Positions 38,070 to 50,197 of a stretch of 60,000 bases of DNA are shown in pieces. Position numbers and translations under genes: made by a program. The DNA lies in contig NC_086107.1 in the NCBI RefSeq assembly GCF_963921235.1, positions 99,450,001-99,510,000 of the forward strand, in the 5' to 3' direction. The notes below the pieces were generated by a model. It was not told the origin of the DNA. It saw nothing but the letters and a program-made list of their open reading frames with translations, and did not search any database. Source of the stretch: Mobula hypostoma. Lineage: Eukaryota. Each line of letters starts with the position of its first letter. The first letter of the stretch is position 1.

Positions 38070-38255
38070 GCAACACGCACAAAATGCTGGAGGAACTCAG
38101 CAGGCCAGGCAGCATCTAGGAAAAGAGTAAGCAGTCGACGTTTTGGGCCGAAACCCAAAGACCTGCCGAAGGGTTTTGGCCCAGAACGTCGATTATACTG
38201 CCTTCCTAAATGCTGCCTGGCCTGCTGAGTTCCTCCAGCATTTTGCGTGTGTTGC
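38070..38255. mobile_element. Palindromic Penelope-end element (second copy)
   Basis: About 90-bp arms, near-perfectly reverse-complementary. Confidence 0.8.
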
Positions 38256-39039
38256 AACTGCAGATTTTCCCTTGTTTCTCAGCTTGAGGAACTGCCAGTT
38301 ACTGAGGACTCCGGAATATAAACACGTACAACCTCCTCAAAGTCACACAGCACAGAAATGGGCCCTTCGAAGCCAACTTATCCACACAGACTCTTTTGCC
38401 CATCCACAGTAATTCCACTCACCCCATTAGGGCTGTGTCATTCTACACCTTCTCTACACCATTGGTAAAAACAGCCCTGCTGTTCTTCCTACTGGATTCC
38501 AGCTCAGTACATTTGGTTCCTAGCAAATGTGTCAGCAGGTTGTCAGCGCTGAGAAGAAGCATTCACCAAAGTTAGCTCTCTATTGCACGCCTGTGTTTAG
38601 TTACACACCTCGTCTGCGCACAAGAGTGGAAGAATCACGAGGGAAGGAGAGAATAGACAGGGTCACGGTCCAGTCTGGGGAGTGAGTGTGGGTGGGAGCA
38701 CAGCCACAGTGTCTGAGAGATAGCTCAGAGAGGCAAAAATCACTGAGTGCAGGATACCCCAGAGAGTGATAATAATGAGTGTGAACGACTGACTGGATGA
38801 TAACTCATGGGGGGGGGGGGAGGCGGGACTAAAAGGCAGGGAGCACCCCAAGGAATATCACCGTAGATTTCAAGAGTTTGAAACCAGGCCATTTATGGGC
38901 GTGATTCTACAGCAGTGGGTTTTAGAAAACTCTGGAACAGTAATCAGAAATGAGTTTTCTAGGTACCACTCTGAACTGGTTACAAAGTCCGTCAAAAATG
39001 GGACAGTGATGTTAATTGGAATAGCCCTAATTATATTAC

Positions 39040-39156
39040 CTTGTGGCCTGAAGATGCCTCTTTGGTCTCGGACTTTCCCAGTGGAGCTGAACGAAATAAT
39101 AACATCGGAAACTTGGTCATTGTTGACATCCCAAAGGGTGATCACTGGCGGAAAAC
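39040..39156 (-). CDS. FAM234B: FAM234B coding exon 3
   Basis: Acceptor TTCCTTCCACAG|GT. Encodes FPPVITLWDVNNDQVSDVIISF (FG-GAP-like DxNxDxxxD). Donor CAAG|GTAATA. 117 nt. Confidence 0.88.
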
Positions 39157-39789
39157 CTGTGGAAGGAAAACAAAAGACTAAATTAACAGGAAGGATAGTA
39201 ATCATGAGCTTCTGGGGAGACACAAGCAAGCGGGTAAGCTGAAATGACCAGGGCATGAGGACGGGTAGTTTGAGAAGGGAAGGCTTATTGGGCCTTTCTA
39301 TCTATTCTTAAAAATTACTTGTTCTTACATAACAGCAACTTTCACTTCATCTCCCATTACTGTAACCATCTCCTCTTGAAATCCCTGAGGTGGGTTTATT
39401 CAATGGTTCAATTGTTTTATTCAATATCAGGGAATGTATACAGCATACAACCTGAAATTCTTACTCTTCACAGACATCCAGAAAACAAAAGAAAACCCCA
39501 AAGAATGAATGGTAGAAGAATGTTAGAATCCCAAAGCAATCCTCCTGCCCTCCCACGCAAAAGCAGCAGAAAAGCATCAACCCTCCCCCTCCCCTTACTT
39601 CCCTCCCCAACACCAAGCAAGCAATAGCAAAGCCCACAAAGAGACCGTGGCCTAGGTCCATCAGAAAATGCAGTCCATAACCTAGCACTTCAACGTGCTC
39701 CTTCCACAGTGAGAGGGAAGACCGAAAGCTCACCGTTTCAACATCACAATCTTACAGAGTTTTTTTTGGGGGGGGGGGAGATAACTAAA

Positions 39790-40715
39790 AAGGTTGAAGA
39801 AAGGAAGGTGGTGGACATTGTCTACATGGACTTTGACAAAGTCCCGGATGGGAGGTTGGTCCAGAAGGTTAAGCCAAGATGAAATAGTAAATTGGATTCA
39901 GCGTTGGTTTAGTGGGAGAAGACAGAGTGATAGTCGATGGTTGTCTCCCCGATTGGAGGCCTGTAACTAGTGGTGTGTTGTCTGTTGTAGCTCCGCATCT
40001 ATATTAATGATTTAGATGACAATGTGGTGAACTGGAACAGCATTTTTGCAGATGACACCACAATTGGCGTTGTAGTGAACAGCAAGAATGGCTGTCGAAA
40101 CTTGCAGCAGGATTTGGGCCAGCAGGAAAGAAAGGGCTGAAAAACAGGATATGGAATTTAATGCAGACAAATATGAGGTGTTGCACTTTGGCAGAGCAAA
40201 CTAGGTGGAACTTAGAGTGATTTGTAGGGCACTGAGGTGTCCGTAGTACAAAGGGATCTGGAATACAGATCTATAATTCCTTGAAAGTGGCATCAGAGGG
40301 TTGTAAAGAGACCTTTTGGCATATTAGCCTTCATTAATCAAAGTAAAGAGTACAGGAGATGAAATGTTATGTTGAAGTTGTAGAAGATGTTGTTGAGACC
40401 AAATTCGGAGTACGTGTCTATACCTGGTTGTCCACCTACAAAAGATATCAATAAGCTTGAAAGAGTGCAGTGAAAATTCACAAGTACTTGAGGGCCTGAG
40501 TTACATGGAAAGGTTGAGTGGTTTAGAACGGGAGCACAGGAAAATGAGGAGAGATCTTACAGAGGTGTACAAAATTATGAGGGGCATAGAGAGGGTCAAT
40601 ATATGCAGGCTTTCCCCCCCTTCAGGTTGAAGCCTAGAACTAGACTCAGAGATTCAGGGTGAAAGGTGAAATATTTAAGGGGAAACCTGAGAGGGAACTT
40701 CTTCACTCAGAGGGT
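39790..40715 (+). mobile_element. CR1 LINE RT fragment
   Basis: Degraded VYMDFDKVP and FADDTT remnants; similar to the 24950 copy. Confidence 0.8.
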
Positions 40716-40844
40716 GATGTGTGTATAGTAACCAACTCATTTGAGGATGAGTATGGCAAGGCTGCAGCAGTCTGGTCCGATTTCAGAAATCTGCTGGGGA
40801 AAGGAAATGAATCAGTAGCTGAGAATCCTACCATTAAATACACC

Positions 40845-41665
40845 TTTTTCTCCCCCACTCCACTTTTCGTAGGGGTACTCTCTATGTGACTCCTTTGTCC
40901 ACGTCCCTCCCCACTGATCTCCCTCCTGGGACTTAGCCCTGTAAATGGGGCAAATGCTACATGTGCCCCTACCCTTACCACCATTTCAGGGCCAGTCTAT
41001 CCAGGTGAGGTGACACGTCACCTGAAAGTCATCTATTGTATCCTGCGCTCCACGTGCGGCCTCTTCCATATCAACGAGACCTGATGTACACTGGGGAACT
41101 GCTTTGTTGAGCACTTTCACTCCGTCTGCCACTAAAGGCGGGATTTCCCGGTGGCCACCCATTTTAACTCTACTTCCCATTCTGACATGTCGGTCCATGG
41201 CCTCCTCTACTACCACAATGAGGCCAATTTTAGGTCGGAGGAGTAACATCATGTTCCGTCTGCATAACTTCCAACCTAATGGCATGAACATCACTTTCAC
41301 TAACTTCTGTTCTGTTCTCTCCCCTCTCCCTTCTCTCTTTTTCCATTCCCCATTCTGGTTCCCCTCTCACTCCTTCTCTTCTCCTCACCTGCCCTTTGGT
41401 GCCCCCCTCTCCTTCCCTTTCACTTACCACTTGCTCTCCTCTTCTGTCAGATTCCTTCCTCAGCCCTTCCACCCATCACCTCCCAGCTTCTCACAATATC
41501 TCCCCTCCCCGTCACTTGTTCCACCCGTTATGTGCCTCCTTCCCCTCTCTCCACTTCTTATTCTGGTCCCCCCCCCCCTTTCCTTTCCAGTCCTGATGAA
41601 GGGTTTTGGCCCGAGACATCGACTGTTTAATCATTTCCACAGATGCTGTCTGACCTGTTGAGCTC
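40845..41665 (+). mobile_element. Penelope-like element 3' fragment (GIY-YIG endonuclease remnant and 3' region)
   Basis: Degraded IQVR*HVT...IYCILRSTCGLFHINET...LGNCFVEHFHSV region, pyrimidine-rich tract, then CAGTCCTGATGAAGGG motif. Confidence 0.75.
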
Positions 41666-42904
41666 CTCGTTCCTTCAGCTGCCTTTACCAGGGACCATAC
41701 AAAATGCAGTCAGAGACACAGCACAGAAACAGGCCCTTCACCCGCCACATCTGTGCCACCCGTCACCACATATTTACACTAATCGTACATTAATCCTATT
41801 TTACTCTCTCCACGTTCTCATCAAACCCCTCTCACCAGAACCAACCCGCCCCCAAATTCTGCCATTCACCTTCAATTTAGAGTGCCAAATTACCCCAGAA
41901 ACCTCCCAACTTTGTGGAATGGGAGGAGCAGCCGGTGGAAACAGACAGGACTACAGGGAGAACATGCAAACTCCACATAGACAGCACCGGAGGTCAGGAC
42001 TGAAACTGTGAGGCAGCAGCATATCCTGTCCATGATGGCCATTTTTTTGCCCATCTACACAGATCCACTGCCACATTCGGACCATGTTCTTCTATACTCT
42101 CGCTATTTCAGTGCCTGTCTAAACGTCTCTGAAACATTGTGATCGTATCTCATTCCACCACCTCTGCTGGCGGTAAGTTCCAGGTATCAACCATGCCCTT
42201 GTGCTTAAAAGAAAAAGTTTTCCCCTCAACTACTCTTTAGAACTTAAAGACACAAGGGACCACAGATGATGAAATCGGAAACCAAAGTGCGATTGGCTGG
42301 AGAATCTCAGTGGGTCAGTAGAAGGAAATGAACAGTCAACGTTGAAGGTCAGGACCCTTCATCTGGACTGGAAGGCAGAGGGGAGGACAGCCAGCACAAC
42401 AAGCTGAGGGCAAAAGATGGCGCAAGAACTGACAAGCGATAGGTGAATCCAGTTGAGGAAGGGCAAAGTAGAAAATGTGATAAAGGCTGGGAGCCAACAA
42501 AGGACTACAGATGATGGAATCTGAGAGGAAAGGAAGGTCGAGCACGGAACCAAACACAGGAGGTGGGCTGGAGTAATGGGACAGAGGGGAGAAGAGAATT
42601 CAGTGGGTGCAGTGTGTCAGGTGACGGGCAGATGGGAGTGGAAAGAAACGGGCTGATTAGGGGTGTAGGAATAACCGGTAGATCAGAGAAAAAGGACAGA
42701 AGAGCAGCAGATTACCTGAAACCTTGTCAGGTGCTGCCTGACCCACTGAGTTTTCTCAGCTGTTTAATTTTTGCTTCAGATTCCAGCATATGGTGCTTTT
42801 TATTCACCCTGTCAAAGACATTCCCTTTGTTCCACCCTTCCTCATTCCCAACCTTCTCAAATCTTTAATGTTAGTATAGCAGTGTCAACAAGTAGTGTAG
42901 AGGT

Positions 42905-43495
42905 TCTAATTTTAGTTCAATGCACAATTGAAACCATCCTGACCATTCTGACCAACAGCACCACAGTGTGGTGTGCCAGCTACACAGCCGCTGAGCGACA
43001 CAAGACCTGCGTCGCGTGGTGAAGGCGGCCCAGCGGACTGTCAGGATGGAGCTCCCAGGACTGGACACCATCTACTCCAGCAGATTCAGGAGGAAAGCAA
43101 TCAGCATAACCAGAGACACCACACACCCCGGCCGCTCCTTGTTTGACCCACTGCCGTCCAGCAAAAGGTTCAGGACGCTAAAAGCCAGAACAAATAGACT
43201 GAGGAACAGCTTCTGTCCCAGAGCTGTGGCCTCCATCACACCACTCCCACAGAACGATGACTGAAACTGTGAGCACACACAAGGACTCAAATACTTGCAC
43301 TAACGGCACTTTGTGCATTACTGTGATATTCTGGTGCTGCTGCAGCTTATTTTCTGCTACTTATCTATTTAATACTGTTTTTCTATTACTGTCTTGTTTT
43401 TATCTACCGCTCTATTTAATTGCTTGAGAGGAAGCCAAACAGAGTTTCATTCTACCTGTGTATAATGACAATAAAGATCATTCAATTCAATTCTA
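42905..43495 (+). mobile_element. L2/Rex-like LINE 3' fragment
   Basis: HPGRSLFDPLPSSKRFRTLKARTNRLRNSFCPRA peptide; (ATTCA)n tail. Confidence 0.8.
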
Positions 43496-44264
43496 ATTAC
43501 ATCCTGTAAAAGAAATACTTCCTTTGACTAGTCCTCTGCTTCATTGCTGGCCAGAAAATTGCCATGAACACACCTCCACTGACCAATTATATTTATCCAT
43601 TATGATGTGCTGGTAACCAAGAAGGACATTAGTTGCCTCGTATCTTATGCATTTTCATGATTATCCGAGACATTGGTTAATGCAAAGGAGAACCATATGC
43701 ATCCTCCTGGAGAAATTCAGGGTCTTTCACATTTAGTTAGAAGATAGATCACTGGCTATTCTCAAGCAATTTAATAACAGGTGGAAAAATATAGCGTGCA
43801 AAAGCAACAATTCAAGTTGTACAAATCATGGTTAGCCCACAAACTGTATTCAGTTCTGACCAACTAACTTTGAAAAAACATGAAGGTCCCAGAGAAAGTA
43901 ATAGAACTGTTCTCGAGATGAGGATTTCAGCTCAAGGTTCAAAGTATCAAAGTACAAACATGTCACTGTGTACTATCAAGAGATTCATTTTCTTGCGGAC
44001 ATTACCTCCAGGGTTAGACTAATGAAGCTGAGGGGTTTCTCCTTGGAGTAAAAAAAGTTACAAGGAAACTAGACTTTAACCTCTGGAATCGAATTCACTC
44101 TCTAAATCTTTCACCATCTCCATTTTTCATCCTCCTTTGAGATATCCTCTGAAGCCTATGCCTACGTCTATAAGTGACTTTGGTCATTTTTTTTTAAAGT
44201 CTCCTGTGAATGTCAGAGGATATTTAACCATCTTAAAGTCACTATGTACATGCCAGACATTATA

Positions 44265-44735
44265 AACACGAGAAAGTCTGCAGATACTGGAAATCCAAAG
44301 CAATACACACAAAATGCAGGAGGAACTCAGCAGGTCAGGCAGCATCTCTGGAAATGAATAAACAGTCCACCTTTCAGGCCGAGACCCTTCCTCAGGACTG
44401 AGAGGGAAAGGGGTAGATGCCTGAATTGAAAGGTGGTGGGGAGGGGAAGGAGGCAGCTGGAAGGTAATAGATGGAGCCGGGGGTGTGGGAAAGGTTAAGG
44501 GCTGGAGAAGAATCTGATAGGAGAGGAGAAGAGGGGACCCGGGGGAAGTGATAGGCAGATGAGAAGAGGTCAAAGGTTGGAGTGGGGAATAGAGGAAGGG
44601 AGGGAATTTTTTTTACTGGAAAAAGAAATCTATATTTGTACCATCAGGTTGGAGGCTACCCAAACAGAATACAAGGTGCTGCTCCTCCATCCTGAGGGTG
44701 GCCTCATCTTGGCACAAGAGGAGCCCATGGACTGA
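44265..44735 (-). mobile_element. Penelope-like element 3' fragment
   Basis: Minus-strand peptide EATLRMEEQHLVFCLGSLQPDGTNIDF and the same terminal motif. Confidence 0.75.
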
Positions 44736-45580
44736 TGGAATATAAAGTGTTGCTTCTCCACCCAGAGAGTATACTGTTGCTGAAGTTGCACTAACAAAGT
44801 TGGTAATTATCGCAGCTATTGCCATGCAACTTGCAATGACACATTTCGTTCTGCAAAGTACAAATTAGGAAAAGAAGTAGGGCACTGAGCCCTTGAGCTC
44901 ACTCCGTCATTCAACAAGATCAGATGCTGGCTGACACAATTGCAATGTTAACTCAGCATTCCTGTTTATTCCCAGCAATATTTCACCCCTTGCTCCTCAG
45001 GCTTCTGCCTACCGCAGCCTGCCTTATACAAGAGGGAAAGAGTTTTCTTTGCAGATGGTGTATGGTACTAAAAAGTACATGATGCAGAGCATTCCACTTG
45101 TAACAGACCCTTGCTGCTTTCTCATTGGAGATGCTGGACACCGAGCCACAGGCAGGGTCAATAAGCAGCAGGACATACTATCACTTGCTCCTTCTCTCTA
45201 CCTTAACAGCTGGTTCATGAGCCGGGTGACAAAAAGAGGGCATGGGTTGCACTCTCATAACATCTCCACCAACGCATACGCTCACCCACTGGAAAGTGAT
45301 CAGAGCGTGCAGAACTAATCATTAAAATGTTTGGTGCTTTTATTTGTCCTCCAATGGTGATTCCCTGCCCTTTGGAGCATGTGTGGTTTCTACCCAGCAT
45401 CGGCACCCCCTCACCCTGGCACTTCAGAGGTCAGTCACTTGACCCTGGAGGGATTGCCAGCTCTTACACCCCCGTTCTGCAACACAACATGTGAAGATCA
45501 TGAGGTGTGTCACTCCTTCTCCATCACACTAGTATGTAAACATGGCTACCACTACATTCCAACTTCTCAGTATTGCTTAC

Positions 45581-45991
45581 CGGCTGCTTGTCCAAGGCTC
45601 TTGTTCCACGAAGTCTTCAAGGCGTGCCTCTTCGGACATGGGATAAAGAAAGCACAAACTAAGACTAGGACCATGGTCAAAATAAGAGTGAGGAGGAAGG
45701 CAGATGTCCGCAGGCAAGGAAGAAATGAAGTTCTGGTTTTTGTAGTAAACTCATCTGACACTTCAGTTGCATGTACCTCCACTGAGCTGGGCTGATCTGA
45801 CCGGCATTGTTTTACCTTTAACGAGTGCATCTCAACCACTGTGTCTGCGTCTCTGTTGAGCACAGCCTCAATGGTCGCCTCAGTCTGCAGACTGCCATTT
45901 TTCTGATAGTTGACGTCACCTTCGTCCGCACTGTCATCACTGTCAGCCTGCCGCAGCGGGTCATACTCTCCTAGATCATGGGACTTTTTAC
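45581..45991 (-). CDS. FAM234B: FAM234B coding exon 2 (cytoplasmic N-terminus and transmembrane helix)
   Basis: Acceptor TTTTCCAG|GT. Encodes KKSHDLGEYDPLRQADSD...RTSAFLLTLILTMVLVLVCAFFIPCP...GQAA. Donor CCG|GTAAGC. 411 nt, phase 1 to 1. Confidence 0.95.
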
Positions 45992-46609
45992 CTGGAAAAC
46001 ATTAGATTGAAGAAAGTGACGTTTTAGTCTCAGGTACATAGTCATCACACATTAACATGATTTCCATTCTTTGCACGATCTCAGCCCAATCATTAGTCAC
46101 AAAGAGACAGGGATGAGAAAGTAGGGGAATAAGGCAGGAGAGGTGTAGAGGGTAAGGGAGGTGGGAGAGGGAGGAGATTGAGGATGAGGACAGGAGGGAT
46201 AAGAAAGAGAGGGAAAGGGCACAACAGAGAGAAGGAGATTGTGAAATGGGAAGAGGGAGGAGAAGAAGGGAGGTTGGGGGTAAGGAAGAAGGGCAATAGT
46301 GGGAGGGAGGGGTACGTGGTGGCAGATAATCTGGAGTGGGAACGAAGCAGCGGTGAGGGGAAGAAGAGATAGTAGAGATTGAGAGAGAGTCAGAGAAGGG
46401 TAGTTGGTAAGTGGGAGGGAGGGAGGGAGGGAGGGAGGAAAGGAGTGTGGTGTGGAAGACAGAGAAATCGTGGGGGATGAGGTTTGTGGATGTGAGGAGC
46501 AGGACATACAAGGATCGGAGGATGGGGCGGAGCCCATGAAGGACAATGGAGGGGCTAAATGGACGCGTCATTGGTGGAAGGCTCCATTCTCCGGACCCCA
46601 GCCACTTAC

Positions 46610-46649
46610 CTGGGAGCTTCAACGCCCTGGACAGAGCAGCCGCCATCAT
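46610..46649 (-). CDS. FAM234B: FAM234B coding exon 1 (MMAAALSRALKLP-G)
   Basis: ATG at 46649 (second in-frame ATG at 46646). Peptide matches the FAM234B N-terminus as I recall it (MATVLSRALKLPGKK). Donor CCAG|GTAAGT, phase 1. Confidence 0.93.
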
Positions 46650-46990
46650 CCGTTCACTCCTTGCGCAGGCGCCGGGGGCTGACGTCCCAGAAGCTCCTCT
46701 TTCCATCTTACTCTAAACTGTTTATTTTCAAGCATCCATTGAGAACACGTGAGCAGAGGAATTCCGTTTAAAATAATCAGATAAATCACATTTCAATCCG
46801 TTAACGAAAATTGTATTGTTTTTTGAATAACCAGCCCTGGAGTTCCATCCGGATTTTCTCTGGCGTTGCACAGTTTCCAGTGGAAGTGTGTGTGCTTGAA
46901 GCCGTTCCGGACTAACAGCAGGTCCGGAAATAGTTTCCTGCGCGGGCCGTTTTGATGCAGCGTCGGGGTAGATTGTGAGGTCTCGGTGGT
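46650..46990. promoter_or_regulatory. Putative bidirectional promoter of FAM234B and DDX59
   Basis: Locally CpG-rich unique sequence between divergent genes. NRF1-like TGCGCAGGCGC at 46662, CRE-like TGACGTC at 46680, ETS-like TTCCGG near 46905 and CCGGAAAT near 46924. Confidence 0.6.
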
Positions 46991-48670
46991 TCACGCACGG
47001 CTCCCTCACCTGAAGAAAGTTGTGGAGAATAGCTGGATGGTTGGAGTCGATCCGGTTAGTGTTTGCGAAGTATCTGTGGGCAGGGTGCAGCGGGTGGGTG
47101 GTTATAGCTTGGTAACGAGGCGGAGCGGGCAGGATAATCATGGTAACATCAACGCCTCTCCCTCCTGTGTTTTCTCCCGCTGTCTCTAATCTGTGATTGA
47201 AGCTGTTTTAATGCTTCTTCTTCTGTGACCCATTACCCTGAAAATGACCGTGGACGCCTGCAGTGTCGCCTCTGCGTGTCTGTACTTTTGTTCGGGGGAT
47301 GTACAAACGTTTCAAAATACGGAATTAAAACCAGGTTCATTATCCCTGGCGTATACGTAGGCCCTTCGGCCCACGATGTTATGCCGACTTTTAAACCTAC
47401 TCCAAGTTCATCTAACCCTCCCCTCCCACCTAGCACTTCATTTTTCTTTCATCCATTTGCCTAGCTGAATCTAAATGTCGTTAATTTATCTGCTTCTACC
47501 ACCTCCCCGGCAGTGCGTTTTATGCAATTACCGCTCACCGTGTATAAAAACACTTACCTCTGATATCCTCCCTATAACTTCCTCCAGTTTAAAAGTATGA
47601 TCTCTCGTATTAACCATTGCGGCCTGGGGAAAAGGCACCGGCTGTGCACAGTATCTATGATACAGTACTTAATATCTCGTACACCTCTATCAAGTCGCCT
47701 CTCATCCTCCTTCGTTCCAAAGAGGAAAACCCTAGCTTGCTCAAGCTTTCTTCATAAGACATGCTCTGTAATCTAGTCAACACACTGGCAAATCTCCACT
47801 GCGCCCTCTCTTAGTCTTCTACGTGCTATCTCTGATGAGGTGACTAGACCTGAAAGAAATACTCCAATTCTGACTCTCCCTTTTAACCCTTCTCTTCTCC
47901 TTACCTGTCCATCACCTCCATATGGTGCCCTTCCTCCTTCCCATTCTCCCATGGTCCACTGGCTTATCATATCAGATTCCTTCTTCAGCCCTTTACCTCT
48001 TCCACCTATCACATCCCACCTTCTTACTTCATCCAATCTTGCCCCTCACCTGGTCTCATCTGTCAGATTGTATTCCTTCCCCTTCTCCCCCCCCCACTTT
48101 TTTTCTGGATTCTTCCCCCATTATCTTCCAGTTCTGATGAAGGTTCGACTGTTTGTAGGTGCTGCCTGATCAGCTGAGTTCCTCCAGCATTTTGTGTGTA
48201 TTGCACAATACCCCAAGTGTCGCCTCGCCAGCGTTTTGTAGAGCTGCAGCATTATTTGTTGCTTTGCAGCAGCAGTACAGTGCAAGACATGAAAAGTTAC
48301 TGTAACCTGCAAACTAAATAGTGCAAAAGACAGTTAACAAGGTCGTGTTCGTGAAGCGTTCAGAAGTCTGAGGGCAGAAGGGCTGTTTCTAATCATTGAG
48401 AGTGGGTCTTCAGGCTCCTCTACCAACTCCTCAATGGTAGTAATGAGAAAAGGGTATGTCCTGGGTGCTGAGGATCTTTAATGATGGATGCCGCCTTCCT
48501 GAGGCACTGCTTTTTCAAGATGTTCTCAATGATGGGGAGGCTAGTGCTAAAGATGGATATTGTCCACTGGAATCTCTGGTTAAGGTAAAATGGACTGTTG
48601 GGACTTGTACCTTCAGGTCCTTGGGACATATCAATTGCACTTTACTGGTCTTTATCCTATTGGTATAGAT

Positions 48671-49054
48671 ATCATCATCATCATTATCATGTGCCATGTT
48701 GTATGATGTAGGCATTCGGGGCTTTCCATAACCGCGATTGTCCTCGGTACAGTTTTCTACAGAAGTGGTTTGCCATTGCCGCCTTCTGGGCAGTGTCTTT
48801 ACTAGACAGGTGACCCCAGCCATTATTGATATTCTTCACAGATTGTCTGCCTGGTGTCAGTGGTCACATAACCAGGACTTGTGATGTGCACCAGCTCCTT
48901 GTACGACCATCCACCACCTGCCCCTGGCTTCACGTGACCCTGATCGGGGGGCTAAGCAGGTGCCACACCTCACCCAAGGGTGACCTGCAGGCTAGCGGAG
49001 GGAAGGCACTCCTTGCGTCTCCTTTGGTAGAGACGTATCTCCACCCCACCACCC
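48671..49054 (-). mobile_element. RTE-related non-autonomous element (copy upstream of the first DDX59 coding exon)
   Basis: Reverse complement of the 22957 and 51177 copies; (ATC)n at its left end. Confidence 0.75.
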
Positions 49055-49501
49055 GAGGTGTAGCTATGTAGCAGCTAATGTAGCCACACTAACAGTGTTT
49101 GCAAATGCCACTAGCTGGAAAATGCAAACAAGTAGTATTGGACTTCCAATCAAATAGCAGAGCTTTGGTTTAACAGTGGTGCCCTGGATTGTCCATTCTG
49201 CTATGCTGAGGCTTCCTGAGTGGGACGAAGCCACATGCTCCTGAACCAGAGGAAGTATGTCCCCTTCAGTTGTCTGCCTGTGTTACTTTCACTGTTTTAG
49301 ACGATGTGCAGATCTACTTCAATATCTTTCTCTCCTTGCAAGTTAACATCTTAGCTGGAATAATAACGTTTTAAAAATGACCACATGAGGATAGCAATAG
49401 GAACATGACAGACTTTGTTGTTGACTAGCAATTGATGCTTGTCTCTCCACAGGTGTCCCCTGCCCCGTTCCAGGAAGTGGAATGTACTGAGCAGTGACCG
49501 G

Positions 49502-50197
49502 ATGATGTTTGTGCCCAGGTCTCTGAAGGTGAAGAGGGCTGAGGAAAGCAATGAGCAAGCAACCAAGAGGAGCAAGACCCTGGCTGGCGACTCCGAACCC
49601 GGCGATGGCCAGCTGGCCCAGAGCTGCGCGGCTGAAGGGGGAGGAGGGCAGCCAGGAGCCGGGGAAAGTGGCGACGAGGAGCCGGTGAAGGCCCTCAGCC
49701 AAAGCCAGCGCTGGCCGGAGCCTGGGGAGCCGGCTTGCTCCATGTGCGGCCGCTATGGGGAGTACATCTGCGATGAGACAGACACTGACGTGTGCAGCCT
49801 GGAGTGCAAGGCCAAGCACCTGCAGCAGATCACAGGTGCGGGACGCCCTCAAGACGCAGAGGAGTCCAGCCGGGAGGAAGTGATCCCGGACGGCCAGTAC
49901 CGGGAGCACCCCTTTATCTCCAGCCTGTCAGATGAGCAGGTGGAAACCCTGCAGCAGCAGCTGGGGATCACTGTGCAGGGCCCCACCCTCAGGCCCATCG
50001 TGGAGTTCGAGCACTGTGGCTTCCCCGACACCCTGAGTGCCAACCTGCACAGGCTGGGCTACCACAGCCCCACCCCGGTGCAGATGCAGATGCTGCCACA
50101 GGGCCTGGCTGGGAAGGACGTGCTAGCGGCGGCTGACACCGGCTCAGGGAAGACTGCGGCCTTCCTACTCCCGGTGATCATGGCAGCACTGAGGGAG
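49502..50197 (+). CDS. DDX59: DDX59 first coding exon (zf-HIT domain, Q motif, motif I)
   Basis: [12 protein letters not shown] start; HIT zinc finger [29 protein letters not shown] motif GYHSPTPVQ; Walker A ADTGSGKT. Candidate acceptors before 49453 or 49474; donor GAG|GTAGGC. 232 codons. Confidence 0.95.

Noticed and set aside
46002..46706. 234-aa minus-strand ORF
   Set aside because: Only MMAAALSRALKLPG is real coding sequence (exon 1). The rest reads through a consensus donor into a low-complexity intron.
48915..48965. HDV-like motif (TTCACGT...CTAA-GCAGGTG) in the RTE-related repeat
   Set aside because: It lies on the element's antisense strand, is explained by a simple CACCTGC/GCAGGTG hairpin, and P1/P3 cannot be built.
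49502..50197. Calling the helicase DDX47, the DEAD-box gene near FAM234B in human
   Set aside because: The MFVPRSLK start and N-terminal HIT zinc finger identify DDX59.
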